DNA of 64,000 nucleotides from Eledone cirrhosa (taxonomy: Eukaryota): assembly GCA_964016885.1 (NCBI GenBank), contig OZ024744.1:1984001-2048000 (forward strand), in the 5' to 3' direction. Each line of letters opens with the position of its first letter. Positions within the stretch are counted from its first letter, which is position 1. The notes beneath the pieces were generated by a model, which saw only the letters and a list, made by a program, of their open reading frames with translations, was not told where the DNA came from and did not search any database. A program made the translations under genes and the position numbers. Shown in pieces: positions 37,920-52,400 of the stretch.

Positions 37920-40900
37920 CGTTCTTCACCAAGCTATCTTTCTCTATTTTGTCTTCCCTCAAAACTTCGTTCTTCACCAAGCTATCTTTCTCGACCTTGT
38001 CTTCTCCCAAAACTTCATTATTCACCAAGCTATCTTTCTCTACCTTGTCTTCTCCCAAAACTTCGTTATTCACCAAGCTATCTTTCTCTACCTTGTCTTC
38101 CCCCAAACTTCGTTCTTCACCAAGCTATCTTTCTCTACCTTGTCTTCCCACAAAACTTCGTTCTTCACCAAGCTATCTTTCTCTACCTTGTCTTCCCACA
38201 AAACGTCGTTCTTCACCAAGCTATCTTTCTCTACCTTGCCTTCCCTCAAAACGTCTTACTTCACCAAGCTATCTTTCTCTACCTTGTCTTCTCCCAAAAC
38301 TTCGTTATTCACCAAGCTATCTTTCTCTACCTTGTCTTCCCTCAAAACTTCGTTCTTCACCAAGCTATCTTTCTCTACCTTGTCTTCCCCCAAAATTTCG
38401 TTCTTCACCAAGCTATCTTTCTCTACACTGTCTTCCCCAAAACTCCGTTCTTCACCAAGCTATCTTTCTCTACCTTGTCTTCCCCCAAAACTTCGTTGTT
38501 CACCAAGCTATCTTTCTCTACCTTGTCTTCCCCCAAAACTTCGTTCTTCACCAAGCTATCTTTCTCTACCTTGTCTTCCCCCAAAACTTCGTTCTTCACC
38601 AAGCTATCTTTCTCTACCTTGTCTTCCCACAAAACTTCGTTCTTCACCAAGCTATCTTTCTCTACCTTGTCTTCCCATAAAACGTCGTTCTTCACCAAGC
38701 TATCTTTCTCTACCTTGTCTTCCCTCAAAACTTCGTTCTTCACCAAGCTATCTTTCTCTACCTTGTCTTCCCCCAAAACTTCGTTCTACACCAAGCTATC
38801 TTTCTCTACCTTGTCTTCCCTCAAAACTTCGTTCTTCACCAGGCTATCTTTCTCGACCTTGTCTTCTCCCAAAACTTCGTTATTCACCAAGCTATCTTTC
38901 TCTACCTTGTCTTCCCACAAAACTTCGTTCTTCACCAAGCTATCTTTCTCTACCTTGTCTTCCCTCAAAACGTCGTTCTTCACCAAGCTATCTTTCTCTA
39001 CATTGTCTTCCCCAAAACATCGTTCTTCACCAAGCTATCTTTCTCTACCTTGTCTTCCCCCAAAACTTCGTTCTTCACCAAGCTATCTTTCTCTACCTTG
39101 TCTTCCCCCAAAACTTCGTTCTTCACCAAGCTATCTTTCTCTACCTTGTCTTCCCACAAAACGTCGTTCTTCACCAAGCTATCTTTCTCTATTTTGTCTT
39201 CCCTCAAAACTTCGTTCTTCACCAAGCTATCTTTCTCTACCTTGTCTTCCCTCAAAATTTCGTTCTTCACCAAGCTATCTTTCTCGACCTTGTCTTCTCC
39301 CAAAACTTCATTATTCACCAAGCTATCTTTCTCTACCTTGTCTTCTCCCAAAACTTCGTTATTCACCAAGCTATCTTTCTCTACCTTGTCTTCCCTCAAA
39401 ACTTCGTTCTTCACCAAGCTATCTTTCTCTACCTTGTCTTCCCCCAAAACTACGTTCTTCACCAAGCTATCTTTCTCTAGCTTGTCTTCACACAAAACCT
39501 CGTTCTTCACCAAGCTATCTTTCTCGACCTTGTCTTCTCCCAAAACTTCATTATTCACCAAGCTATCTTTCTCTACCTTGTCTTCTCCCAAAACTTCGTT
39601 ATTCACCAAGCTATCTTTCTCTACCTTGTCTTCCCCCAAACTTCGTTCTTCACCAAGCTATCTTTCTCTACCTTGTCTTCCCACAAAACTTCGTTCTTCA
39701 CCAAGCTATCTTTCTCTACCTTGTCTTCTCCCAAAACTTCGTTATTCACCAAGCTATCTTTCTCTACCTTGTCTTCCCTCAAAACTTCGTTCTTCACCAA
39801 GCTATCTTTCTCTACCTTGTCTTCCCCCAAAACTTCGTTCTTCACCAAGCTTTCTTTCTCTACCTTGTCTTCCCCCAAAACTTCGTTCTTCACTAAGCTA
39901 TCTTTCTCTACCTTGTCTTCCCCCAAAACTTCGTTCTTCACCAAGTCATCTTTCTCTACCTTGTCATCACTCAAAACTTCGTTCTTCACCAATCTATATT
40001 TCTCTACCTTGTCTTCCCCCAAAACTACGTTCTTCACCAAGCTATCTTTCTCTATTTTGTCTTCCCTCAAAACTTCGTTCTTCACCAAGCTATCTTTCTC
40101 GACCTTGTCTTCTCCCAAAACTTCATTATTCACCAAGCTATCTTTCTCTACCTTGTCTTCTCCCAAAACTTCGTTATTCACCAAGCTATCTTTCTCTACC
40201 TTGTCTTCCCCCAAACTTCGTTCTTCACCAAGCTATCTTTCTCTACCTTGTCTTCCCACAAAACTTCGTTCTTCACCAAGCTATCTTTCTCTACCTTGTC
40301 TTCCCACAAAACGTCGTTCTTCACCAAGCTATCTTTCTCTACCTTGCCTTCCCTCAAAACGTCTTACTTCACCAAGCTATCTTTCTCTACCTTGTCTTCT
40401 CCCAAAACTTCGTTATTCACCAAGCTATCTTTCTCTACCTTGTCTTCCCTCAAAACTTCGTTCTTCACCAAGCTATCTTTCTCTACCTTGTCTTCCCCCA
40501 AAATTTCGTTCTTCACCAAGCTATCTTTCTCTACACTGTCTTCCCCAAAACTCCGTTCTTCACCAAGCTATCTTTCTCTACCTTGTCTTCCCCCAAAACT
40601 TCGTTGTTCACCAAGCTATCTTTCTCTACCTTGTCTTCCCCCAAAACTTCGTTCTTCACCAAGCTATCTTTCTCTACCTTGTCTTCCCCCAAAACTTCGT
40701 TCTTCACCAAGCTATCTTTCTCTACCTTGTCTTCCCACAAAACTTCGTTCTTCACCAAGCTATCTTTCTCTACCTTGTCTTCCCATAAAACGTCGTTCTT
40801 CACCAAGCTATCTTTCTCTACCTTGTCTTCCCTCAAAACTTCGTTCTTCACCAAGCTATCTTTCTCTACCTTGTCTTCCCCCAAAACTTCGTTCTACACC

Positions 40901-43667
40901 AAGCTATCTTTCTCTACCTTGTCTTCCCTCAAAACTTCGTTCTTCACCAGGCTATCTTTCTCGACCTTGTCTTCTCCCAAAACTTCGTTATTCACCAAGC
41001 TATCTTTCTCTACCTTGTCTTCCCACAAAACTTCGTTCTTCACCAAGCTATCTTTCTCTACCTTGTCTTCCCTCAAAACGTCGTTCTTCACCAAGCTATC
41101 TTTCTCTACATTGTCTTCCCCAAAACATCGTTCTTCACCAAGCTATCTTTCTCTACCTTGTCTTCCCCCAAAACTTCGTTCTTCACCAAGCTATCTTTCT
41201 CTACCTTGTCTTCCCCCAAAACTTCGTTCTTCACCAAGCTATCTTTCTCTACCTTGTCTTCCCACAAAACGTCGTTCTTCACCAAGCTATCTTTCTCTAC
41301 CTTGCATTCCCTCAAAACTTCGTTCTTCACCAAGCTATCTTTCTCTACCTTGTCTTCCCTCAAAATTTCGTTCTTCACCAAGCTATCTTTCTCGACCTTG
41401 TCTTCTCCCAAAACTTCATTATTCACCAAGCTATCTTTCTCTACCTTGTCTTCTCCCAAAACTTCGTTATTCACCAAGCTATCTTTCTCTACCTTGTCTT
41501 CCCTCAAAACTTCGTTCTTCACCAAGCTATCTTTCTCTACCTTGTCTTCCCCCAAAACTACGTTCTTCACCAAGCTATCTTTCTCTAGCTTGTCTTCACA
41601 CAAAACCTCGTTCTTCACCAAGCTATCTTTCTCGACCTTGTCTTCTCCCAAAACTTCATTATTCACCAAGCTATCTTTCTCTACCTTGTCTTCTCCCAAA
41701 ACTTCGTTATTCACCAAGCTATCTTTCTCTACCTTGTCTTCCCCCAAACTTCGTTCTTCACCAAGCTATCTTTCTCTACCTTGTCTTCCCACAAAACTTC
41801 GTTCTTCACCAAGCTATCTTTCTCTACCTTGTCTTCTCCCAAAACTTCGTTATTCACCAAGCTATCTTTCTCTACCTTGTCTTCCCTCAAAACTTCGTTC
41901 TTCACCAAGCTATCTTTCTCTACCTTGTCTTCCCCCAAAACTTCGTTCTTCACCAAGCTTTCTTTCTCTACCTTGTCTTCCCCCAAAACTTCGTTCTTCA
42001 CTAAGCTATCTTTCTCTACCTTGTCTTCCCCCAAAACTTCGTTCTTCACCAAGTCATCTTTCTCTACCTTGTCATCACTCAAAACTTCGTTCTTCACCAA
42101 TCTATATTTCTCTACCTTGTCTTCCCCCAAAACTACGTTCTTCACCAAGCTATCTTTCTCTATTTTGTCTTCCCTCAAAACTTCGTTCTTCACCAAGCTA
42201 TCTTTCTCGACCTTGTCTTCTCCCAAAACTTCATTATTCACCAAGCTATCTTTCTCTACCTTGTCTTCTCCCAAAACTTCGTTATTCACCAAGCTATCTT
42301 TCTCTACCTTGTCTTCCCCCAAACTTCGTTCTTCACCAAGCTATCTTTCTCTACCTTGTCTTCCCACAAAACTTCGTTCTTCACCAAGCTATCTTTCTCT
42401 ACCTTGTCTTCCCACAAAACGTCGTTCTTCACCAAGCTATCTTTCTCTACCTTGCCTTCCCTCAAAACGTCTTACTTCACCAAGCTATCTTTCTCTACCT
42501 TGTCTTCTCCCAAAACTTCGTTATTCACCAAGCTATCTTTCTCTACCTTGTCTTCCCTCAAAACTTCGTTCTTCACCAAGCTATCTTTCTCTACCTTGTC
42601 TTCCCCCAAAATTTCGTTCTTCACCAAGCTATCTTTCTCTACACTGTCTTCCCCAAAACTCCGTTCTTCACCAAGCTATCTTTCTCTACCTTGTCTTCCC
42701 CCAAAACTTCGTTGTTCACCAAGCTATCTTTCTCTACCTTGTCTTCCCCCAAAACTTCGTTCTTCACCAAGCTATCTTTCTCTACCTTGTCTTCCCCCAA
42801 AACTTCGTTCTTCACCAAGCTATCTTTCTCTACCTTGTCTTCCCACAAAACTTCGTTCTTCACCAAGCTATCTTTCTCTACCTTGTCTTCCCATAAAACG
42901 TCGTTCTTCACCAAGCTATCTTTCTCTACCTTGTCTTCCCTCAAAACTTCGTTCTTCACCAAGCTATCTTTCTCTACCTTGTCTTCCCCCAAAACTTCGT
43001 TCTACACCAAGCTATCTTTCTCTACCTTGTCTTCCCTCAAAACTTCGTTCTTCACCAGGCTATCTTTCTCGACCTTGTCTTCTCCCAAAACTTCGTTATT
43101 CACCAAGCTATCTTTCTCTACCTTGTCTTCCCACAAAACTTCGTTCTTCACCAAGCTATCTTTCTCTACCTTGTCTTCCCTCAAAACGTCGTTCTTCACC
43201 AAGCTATCTTTCTCTACATTGTCTTCCCCAAAACATCGTTCTTCACCAAGCTATCTTTCTCTACCTTGTCTTCCCCCAAAACTTCGTTCTTCACCAAGCT
43301 ATCTTTCTCTACCTTGTCTTCCCCCAAAACTTCGTTCTTCACCAAGCTATCTTTCTCTACCTTGTCTTCCCACAAAACGTCGTTCTTCACCAAGCTATCT
43401 TTCTCTATTTTGTCTTCCCTCAAAACTTCGTTCTTCACCAAGCTATCTTTCTCTACCTTGTCTTCCCTCAAAATTTCGTTCTTCACCAAGCTATCTTTCT
43501 CGACCTTGTCTTCTCCCAAAACTTCATTATTCACCAAGCTATCTTTCTCTACCTTGTCTTCTCCCAAAACTTCGTTATTCACCAAGCTATCTTTCTCTAC
43601 CTTGTCTTCCCTCAAAACTTCGTTCTTCACCAAGCTATCTTTCTCTACCTTGTCTTCCCCCAAAACT
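37920..43667. repeat. Tandem higher-order repeat, period 2108 bp (44 monomers, 4 of them 47 bp), about 2.7 copies
   Basis: GTCTTACTTC 38253/40361/42469, TCTACACC 38785/40893/43001 and ACACTG 38425/40533/42641. 44x48-4=2108. Confidence 0.93.
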
Positions 43668-46435
43668 TCGTTCTTCACCAAGCTTTCTTTCTCTACCTTG
43701 TCTTCCCCCAAAACTTCGTTCTTCACTAAGCTATCTTTCTCTACCTTGTCTTCCCCCAAAACTTCGTTCTTCACCAAGTCATCTTTCTCTACCTTGTCAT
43801 CACTCAAAACTTCGTTCTTCACCAATCTATATTTCTCTACCTTGTCTTCCCCCAAAACTACGTTCTTCACCAAGCTATCTTTCTCTAGCTTGTCTTCACA
43901 CAAAACCTCGTTCTTCACCAAGCTATCTTTCTCTACCTTGTCTTCCCACAAAACGTCATTCTTCACCAAGCTATCTTTCTCTACCTTGTCCTCCCCCAAA
44001 ACTTCGTTCTTCACCAAGCTATCTGTCTCTACCTTGTCTTCCCCCGAAACTTCGTTCTTCGCAAGCTATCTTTCTCTACCTTGTCTTCCGTCAAAACTTC
44101 GTTCTTCACCAAGATATCTTTCTCTACCTTGTCTTCCCACAAAACGTCGTTCTTCACCAAGCTATCTTTCTCTAACTTGTCTTCCATCAGAACTTCGTTC
44201 TTCACCAAGCTATCTTTCTCTACCTTGTCTTCCCCCAAAACTTCGTTCTTCACCAAGCTATCTTTCTCTACATTGTCTTCCCCAAAACTTCGTTCTTCAC
44301 CAAGCTATCTTTCTCTACCTTGTCTTCCCCCAAAACTTCGTTCTTCACCAAGCTATCTTTCTCTACCTTGTCTTCCCCCAAAACTTCGTTCTTCACCAAG
44401 TCATCTTTCTCTACCTTGTCATCCCTCAAAACTTCGTTCTTCACCAATCTATCTTTCTCTACCTTGTCTTCCCCCAAAACTACGTTCTTCACCAAGCTAT
44501 CTTTCTCTAGCTTGTCTTCACACAAAACCTCGTTCTTCACCAAGCTATCTTTCTCTACCTTGTCTTCCCACAAAATGTCGTTCTTCACCAAGCTATCTTT
44601 CTCTAGCTTGTCTTCCCTCAGAACTTCGTTCTTCACCAAGCTATCTTTCTCTACCTTGTCTTCCCTCAAAACGTCGTTCGTCACCAAGCTATCTTTCTCT
44701 ACCTTGTCTTCCCCCAAAACTTCGTTCTTCACCAAGCTATCTTTCTCTACCTTGTCTTCCCACAAAACTTCGTTCTTCACCAAGCTATCTTTCTCTACCT
44801 TGTCTTCCCATAAAACGTCGTTCTTCACCAAGCTATCTTTCTCTACCTTGTCTTCCCTCAAAACTTCGTTCTTCACCAAGCTATCTTTCTCTACCTTGTC
44901 TTCCCCCAAAACTTCGTTCTTCACCAAGCTATCTTTCTCTACCTTGTCTTCCCTCAAAACTTCGTTCTTCACCAAGCTATCTTTCTCGACCTTGCCTTCT
45001 CCCAAAACTTCGTTATTCACCAAGCTATCTTTCTCTACCTTGTCTTCCCACAAAACTTCGTTCTTCACCAAGCTATCTTTCTCTACCTTGTCTTCCCTCA
45101 AAACGTCGTTCTTCACCAAGCTATCTTTCTCTACATTGTCTTCCCCAAAACATCGTTCTTCACCAAGCTATCTTTCTCTACCTTGTCTTCCCCCAAAACT
45201 TCGTTCTTCACCAAGCTATCTTTCTCTACCTTGTCTTCCCCCAAAACTTCGTTCTTCACCAAGCTATCTTTCTCTACCTTGTCTTCCCACAAAACGTCGT
45301 TCTTCACCAAGCTATCTTTCTCTATTTTGTCTTCCCTCAAAACTTCGTTCTTCACCAAGCTATCTTTCTCTACCTTGTCTTCCCTCAAAATTTCGTTCTT
45401 CACCAAGCTATCTTTCTCGACCTTGTCTTCTCCCAAAACTTCATTATTCACCAAGCTATCTTTCTCTACCTTGTCTTCTCCCAAAACTTCGTTATTCACC
45501 AAGCTATCTTTCTCTACCTTGTCTTCCCTCAAAACTTCGTTCTTCACCAAGCTATCTTTCTCTACCTTGTCTTCCCCCAAAACTTCGTTCTTCACCAAGC
45601 TTTCTTTCTCTACCTTGTCTTCCCCCAAAACTTCGTTCTTCACTAAGCTATCTTTCTCTACCTTGTCTTCCCTCAAAACTTCGTTCTTCACCAAGTCATC
45701 TTTCTCTACCTTGTCATCACTCAAAACTTCGTTCTTCACCAATCTATATTTCTCTACCTTGTCTTCCCCCAAAACTACGTTCTTCACCAAGCTATCTTTC
45801 TCTAGCTTGTCTTCACACAAAACCTCGTTCTTCACCAAGCTATCTTTCTCTACCTTGTCTTCCCACAAAACGTCATTCTTCACCAAGCTATCTTTCTCTA
45901 CCTTGTCCTCCCCCAAAACTTCGTTCTTCACCAAGCTATCTGTCTCTACCTTGTCTTCCCCCGAAACTTCGTTCTTCGCAAGCTATCTTTCTCTAGCTTG
46001 TCTTCCGTCAAAACTTCGTTCTTCACCAAGATATCTTTCTCTACCTTGTCTTCCCACAAAACGTCGTTCTTCACCAAGCTATCTTTCTCTAACTTGTCTT
46101 CCATCAGAACTTCGTTCTTCACCAAGCTATCTTTCTCTACCTTGTCTTCCCCCAAAACTTCGTTCTTCACCAAGCTATCTTTCTCTACATTGTCTTCCCC
46201 AAAACTTCGTTCTTCACCAAGCTATCTTTCTCTACCTTGTCTTCCCCCAAAACTTCGTTCTTCACCAAGCTATCTTTCTCTACCTTGTCTTCCCCCAAAA
46301 CTTCGTTCTTCACCAAGTCATCTTTCTCTACCTTGTCATCCCTCAAAACTTCGTTCTTCACCAATCTATCTTTCTCTACCTTGTCTTCCCCCAAAACTAC
46401 GTTCTTCACCAAGCTATCTTTCTCTAGCTTGTCTT
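42780..46435. repeat. Tandem duplication, period 1917 bp (40 monomers), about 1.9 copies, overlapping both neighbouring higher-order repeats
   Basis: CATAAAA 42892/44809 and AAGCTTTC 43680/45597. ORFs 43214/45131, 44029/45946 and 44268/46185 agree. 40x48-3=1917. Confidence 0.88.
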
Positions 46436-49400
46436 CCCACAAAATGTCGTTCTTCACCAAGCTATCTTTCTCTAGCTTGTCTTCCCTCAGAACTTCGTTC
46501 TTCACCAAGCTATCTTTCTCTACCTTGTCTTCCCTCAAAACGTCGTTCGTCACCAAGCTATCTTTCTCTACCTTGTCTTCCCCCAAAACTTCGTTCTTCA
46601 CCAAGCTATCTTTCTCTACCTTGTCTTCCCCCAAAACTTCGTTCTTCACCAAGTCATCTTTCTCTTCCTTGTCATCCCACAAAACGTCGTTCTTCACCAA
46701 GCTATCTTTCTCTATTTTGTCTTCCCTCAAAACGTCGTTCTTCACCAAGCTATCTTTCTCTACCTTGTCTTCCCTCAAAATTTCGTTCTTCACCAAGCTA
46801 TCTTTCTCGACGTTGTCTTCTCCCAAAACTTCGTTATTCACCAAGCTATCTTTCTCTACCTTGTCTTCCCTCAAAACTTCGTTCTTCACCAAGCTATCTT
46901 TCTCTACCTTGTCTTCCCCCAAAACTTCGTTCTTCACCAAGCTATCTTTCTCTACCTTGTCTTCTCCCAAAACTTCGTTATTCACCAAGCTATCTTTCTC
47001 TACCTTGTCTTCCCTCAAAACATCGTTCTTCACCAAGCTATCTTTCTCTACCTTGTCTTCCCCCAAAACTTCGTTCTTCACCAAGCTATCTTTCTCTACC
47101 TTGTCTTCCCCCAAAACTTCGTTCTTCACCAAGCTATCTTTCTCTACCTTGTCTTCCCCCAAATCTTCGTTCTTCAGCAAGACATCTTTCTCTACCTTGT
47201 CATCCCTCAAAACTTCGTTCTTCACCAAGCTATCTTTCTCTACCTTGTCTTCCCCCAAAACTTCGTTCTTCACCAAGCTATCTTTCTCTAGCTTGTCTTC
47301 ACACAAAACTTCGTTCTTCACCAAGCTATCTTTCTCTACCTTGTCTTCCCACAAAACGTCATTCTTGACCAAGCTATCTTTCTCTACCTTGTCTTCCGTC
47401 AAAACTTCGTTCTTCACCAAGATATCTTTCTCTACCTTGTCTCCTCCCAAAACTTCGTTCTTCACCAAGCTATCTTTCTCTACCTTGTCTTCCCTCAGAA
47501 CTTCGTTCTTCACCAAGCTATCTTTCTCTACCTTGTCTTCCCCCAAAACTTCGTTCTTCACCAAGCTATCTTTCTCTACATTGTCTTCCCCAAAACTTCG
47601 TTCTTCACCAAGCTATCTTTCACGACCTTGTCTTCCCTCAAAACGTCGTTCTTCACCAAGCTATCTTTCTCTACCTTGTCTTCCGCCAAAACTTCGTTCT
47701 TCACCAAGCTATCTTTCTCTACCTTGTCTTCCCCCAAAACTTCGTTCTTCACCAAGCTATCTTTCTCTACCTTGTCTTCCCCCAAAACTTCGTTCTTCAC
47801 CAAGTCATCTTTCTCTACCTTGTCATCCCTCAAAACTTCGTTCTTCACCAATCTATCTTTCTCTATCTTGTCTCCTCCCAAAACTTCGTTCTTCACCAAG
47901 CTATCTTTCTCTACCTTGTCTTCCCTCAGAACTTCGTTCTTCACCAAGCTATCTTTCTCTACCTTGTCTTCCCCCAAAACTTCGTTCTTCACCAAGCTAT
48001 CTTTCTCTACATTGTCTTCCCCAAAACTTCGTTCTTCACCAAGCTATCTTTCACGACCTTGTCTTCCCTCAAAACGTCGTTCTTCACCAAGCTATCTTTC
48101 TCTACCTTGTCTTCCCCCAAAACTTCGTTCTTCACCAAGCTATCTTTCTCTACCTTGTCTTCCCCCAAAACTTCGTTCTTCACCAAGCTATCTTTCTCTA
48201 CCTCGTCTTCCCTCAAAACTTCGTTCTTCACCAAGCTATCTTTCTCTACCTTGTCTTCCCCAAAAACTTCGTTCTTCACCAAGCTATCTTTCTCTACCTT
48301 GTCTTCCCCCAAAACTTCGTTCTTCACCAAGCTATCTTTCTCTACCTTGTCTTCCCCCGAAACTTCGTTCTTCGCAAGCTATCTTTCTCTAGCTTGTCTT
48401 CCGTCAAAACTTCGTTCTTCACCAAGATATCTTTCTCTACCTTGTCTTCCCACAAAACGTCGTTCTTCACCAAGCTATCTTTCTCTAACTTGTCTTCCAT
48501 CAGAACTTCGTTCTTCACCAAGCTATCTTTCTCTACCTTGTCTTCCCCCAAAACTTCGTTCTTCACCAAGCTATCTTTCTCTACATTGTCTTCCCCAAAA
48601 CTTCGTTCTTCACCAAGCTATCTTTCTCTACCTTGTCCTCCCCCAAAACTTCGTTCTTCACCAAGCTATCTGTCTCTACCTTGTCTTCCCCCGAAACTTC
48701 GTTCTTCGCAAGCTATCTTTCTCTAGCTTGTCTTCCGTCAAAACTTCGTTCTTCACCAAGATATCTTTCTCTACCTTGTCTTCCCACAAAACGTCGTTCT
48801 TCACCAAGCTATCTTTCTCTAACTTGTCTTCCATCAGAACTTCGTTCTTCACCAAGCTATCTTTCTCTACCTTGTCTTCCCCCAAAACTTCGTTCTTCAC
48901 CAAGCTATCTTTCTCTACATTGTCTTCCCCAAAACTTCGTTCTTCACCAAGCTATCTTTCTCTACCTTGTCTTCCCCCAAAACTTCGTTCTTCACCAAGC
49001 TATCTTTCTCTACCTTGTCTTCCCCCAAAACTTCGTTCTTCACCAAGTCATCTTTCTCTACCTTGTCATCCCTCAAAACTTCGTTCTTCACCAATCTATC
49101 TTTCTCTACCTTGTCTTCCCCCAAAACTACGTTCTTCACCAAGCTATCTTTCTCTAGCTTGTCTTCACACAAAACCTCGTTCTTCACCAAGCTATCTTTC
49201 TCTACCTTGTCTTCCCTCAAAACTTCGTTCTTCACCAAGCTATCTTTCTCTACCTTGTCTTCCCCCAAAACTTCGTTCTTCACCAAGCTATCTTTCTCTA
49301 CCTTGTCTTCTCCCAAAACTTCGTTATTCACCAAGCTATCTTTCTCTACCTTGTCTTCCCTCAAAACATCGTTCTTCACCAAGCTATCTTTCTCTACCTT

Positions 49401-52400
49401 GTCTTCCCCCAAAACTTCGTTCTTCACCAAGCTATCTTTCTCTACCTTGTCTTCCCCCAAAACTTCGTTCTTCACCAAGCTATCTTTCTCTACCTTGTCT
49501 TCCCCCAAATCTTCGTTCTTCAGCAAGACATCTTTCTCTACCTTGTCATCCCTCAAAACTTCGTTCTTCACCAAGCTATCTTTCTCTACCTTGTCTTCCC
49601 CCAAAACTTCGTTCTTCACCAAGCTATCTTTCTCTAGCTTGTCTTCACACAAAACTTCGTTCTTCACCAAGCTATCTTTCTCTACCTTGTCTTCCCACAA
49701 AACGTCATTCTTGACCAAGCTATCTTTCTCTACCTTGTCTTCCGTCAAAACTTCGTTCTTCACCAAGATATCTTTCTCTACCTTGTCTCCTCCCAAAACT
49801 TCGTTCTTCACCAAGCTATCTTTCTCTACCTTGTCTTCCCTCAGAACTTCGTTCTTCACCAAGCTATCTTTCTCTACCTTGTCTTCCCCCAAAACTTCGT
49901 TCTTCACCAAGCTATCTTTCTCTACATTGTCTTCCCCAAAACTTCGTTCTTCACCAAGCTATCTTTCACGACCTTGTCTTCCCTCAAAACGTCGTTCTTC
50001 ACCAAGCTATCTTTCTCTACCTTGTCTTCCGCCAAAACTTCGTTCTTCACCAAGCTATCTTTCTCTACCTTGTCTTCCCCCAAAACTTCGTTCTTCACCA
50101 AGCTATCTTTCTCTACCTTGTCTTCCCCCAAAACTTCGTTCTTCACCAAGTCATCTTTCTCTACCTTGTCATCCCTCAAAACTTCGTTCTTCACCAATCT
50201 ATCTTTCTCTATCTTGTCTCCTCCCAAAACTTCGTTCTTCACCAAGCTATCTTTCTCTACCTTGTCTTCCCTCAGAACTTCGTTCTTCACCAAGCTATCT
50301 TTCTCTACCTTGTCTTCCCCCAAAACTTCGTTCTTCACCAAGCTATCTTTCTCTACATTGTCTTCCCCAAAACTTCGTTCTTCACCAAGCTATCTTTCAC
50401 GACCTTGTCTTCCCTCAAAACGTCGTTCTTCACCAAGCTATCTTTCTCTACCTTGTCTTCCCCCAAAACTTCGTTCTTCACCAAGCTATCTTTCTCTACC
50501 TTGTCTTCCCCCAAAACTTCGTTCTTCACCAAGCTATCTTTCTCTACCTCGTCTTCCCTCAAAACTTCGTTCTTCACCAAGCTATCTTTCTCTACCTTGT
50601 CTTCCCCAAAAACTTCGTTCTTCACCAAGCTATCTTTCTCTACCTTGTCTTCCCCCAAAACTTCGTTCTTCACCAAGCTATCTTTCTCTACCTTGTCTTC
50701 CCCCGAAACTTCGTTCTTCGCAAGCTATCTTTCTCTAGCTTGTCTTCCGTCAAAACTTCGTTCTTCACCAAGATATCTTTCTCTACCTTGTCTTCCCACA
50801 AAACGTCGTTCTTCACCAAGCTATCTTTCTCTAACTTGTCTTCCATCAGAACTTCGTTCTTCACCAAGCTATCTTTCTCTACCTTGTCTTCCCCCAAAAC
50901 TTCGTTCTTCACCAAGCTATCTTTCTCTACATTGTCTTCCCCAAAACTTCGTTCTTCACCAAGCTATCTTTCTCTACCTTGTCCTCCCCCAAAACTTCGT
51001 TCTTCACCAAGCTATCTGTCTCTACCTTGTCTTCCCCCGAAACTTCGTTCTTCGCAAGCTATCTTTCTCTAGCTTGTCTTCCGTCAAAACTTCGTTCTTC
51101 ACCAAGATATCTTTCTCTACCTTGTCTTCCCACAAAACGTCGTTCTTCACCAAGCTATCTTTCTCTAACTTGTCTTCCATCAGAACTTCGTTCTTCACCA
51201 AGCTATCTTTCTCTACCTTGTCTTCCCCCAAAACTTCGTTCTTCACCAAGCTATCTTTCTCTACATTGTCTTCCCCAAAACTTCGTTCTTCACCAAGCTA
51301 TCTTTCTCTACCTTGTCTTCCCCCAAAACTTCGTTCTTCACCAAGCTATCTTTCTCTACCTTGTCTTCCCCCAAAACTTCGTTCTTCACCAAGTCATCTT
51401 TCTCTACCTTGTCATCCCTCAAAACTTCGTTCTTCACCAATCTATCTTTCTCTACCTTGTCTTCCCCCAAAACTACGTTCTTCACCAAGCTATCTTTCTC
51501 TAGCTTGTCTTCACACAAAACCTCGTTCTTCACCAAGCTATCTTTCTCTACCTTGTCTTCCCACAAAATGTCGTTCTTCACCAAGCTATCTTTCTCTAGC
51601 TTGTCTTCCCTCAGAACTTCGTTCTTCACCAAGCTATCTTTCTCTACCTTGTCTTCCCTCAAAACGTCGTTCGTCACCAAGCTATCTTTCTCTACCTTGT
51701 CTTCCCCCAAAACTTCGTTCTTCACCAAGCTATCTTTCTCTACCTTGTCTTCCCCCAAAACTTCGTTCTTCACCAAGTCATCTTTCTCTTCCTTGTCATC
51801 CCACAAAACGTCGTTCTTCACCAAGCTATCTTTCTCTATTTTGTCTTCCCTCAAAACGTCGTTCTTCACCAAGCTATCTTTCTCTACCTTATCTTCCCTC
51901 AAAATTTCGTTCTTCACCAAGCTATCTTTCTCGACGTTGTCTTCTCCCAAAACTTCGTTATTCACCAAGCTATCTTTCTCTACCTTGTCTTCCCTCAAAA
52001 CTTCGTTCTTCACCAAGCTATCTTTCTCTACCTTGTCTTCCCCCAAAACTTCGTTCTTCACCAAGCTATCTTTCTCTACCTTGTCTTCTCCCAAAACTTC
52101 GTTATTCACCAAGCTATCTTTCTCTACCTTGTCTTCCCTCAAAACATCGTTCTTCACCAAGCTATCTTTCTCTACCTTGTCTTCCCCCAAAACTTCGTTC
52201 TTCACCAAGCTATCTTTCTCTACCTTGTCTTCCCCCAAAACTTCGTTCTTCACCAAGCTATCTTTCTCTACCTTGTCTTCCCCCAAATCTTCGTTCTTCA
52301 GCAAGACATCTTTCTCTACCTTGTCATCCCTCAAAACTTCGTTCTTCACCAAGCTATCTTTCTCTACCTTGTCTTCCCCCAAAACTTCGTTCTTCACCAA

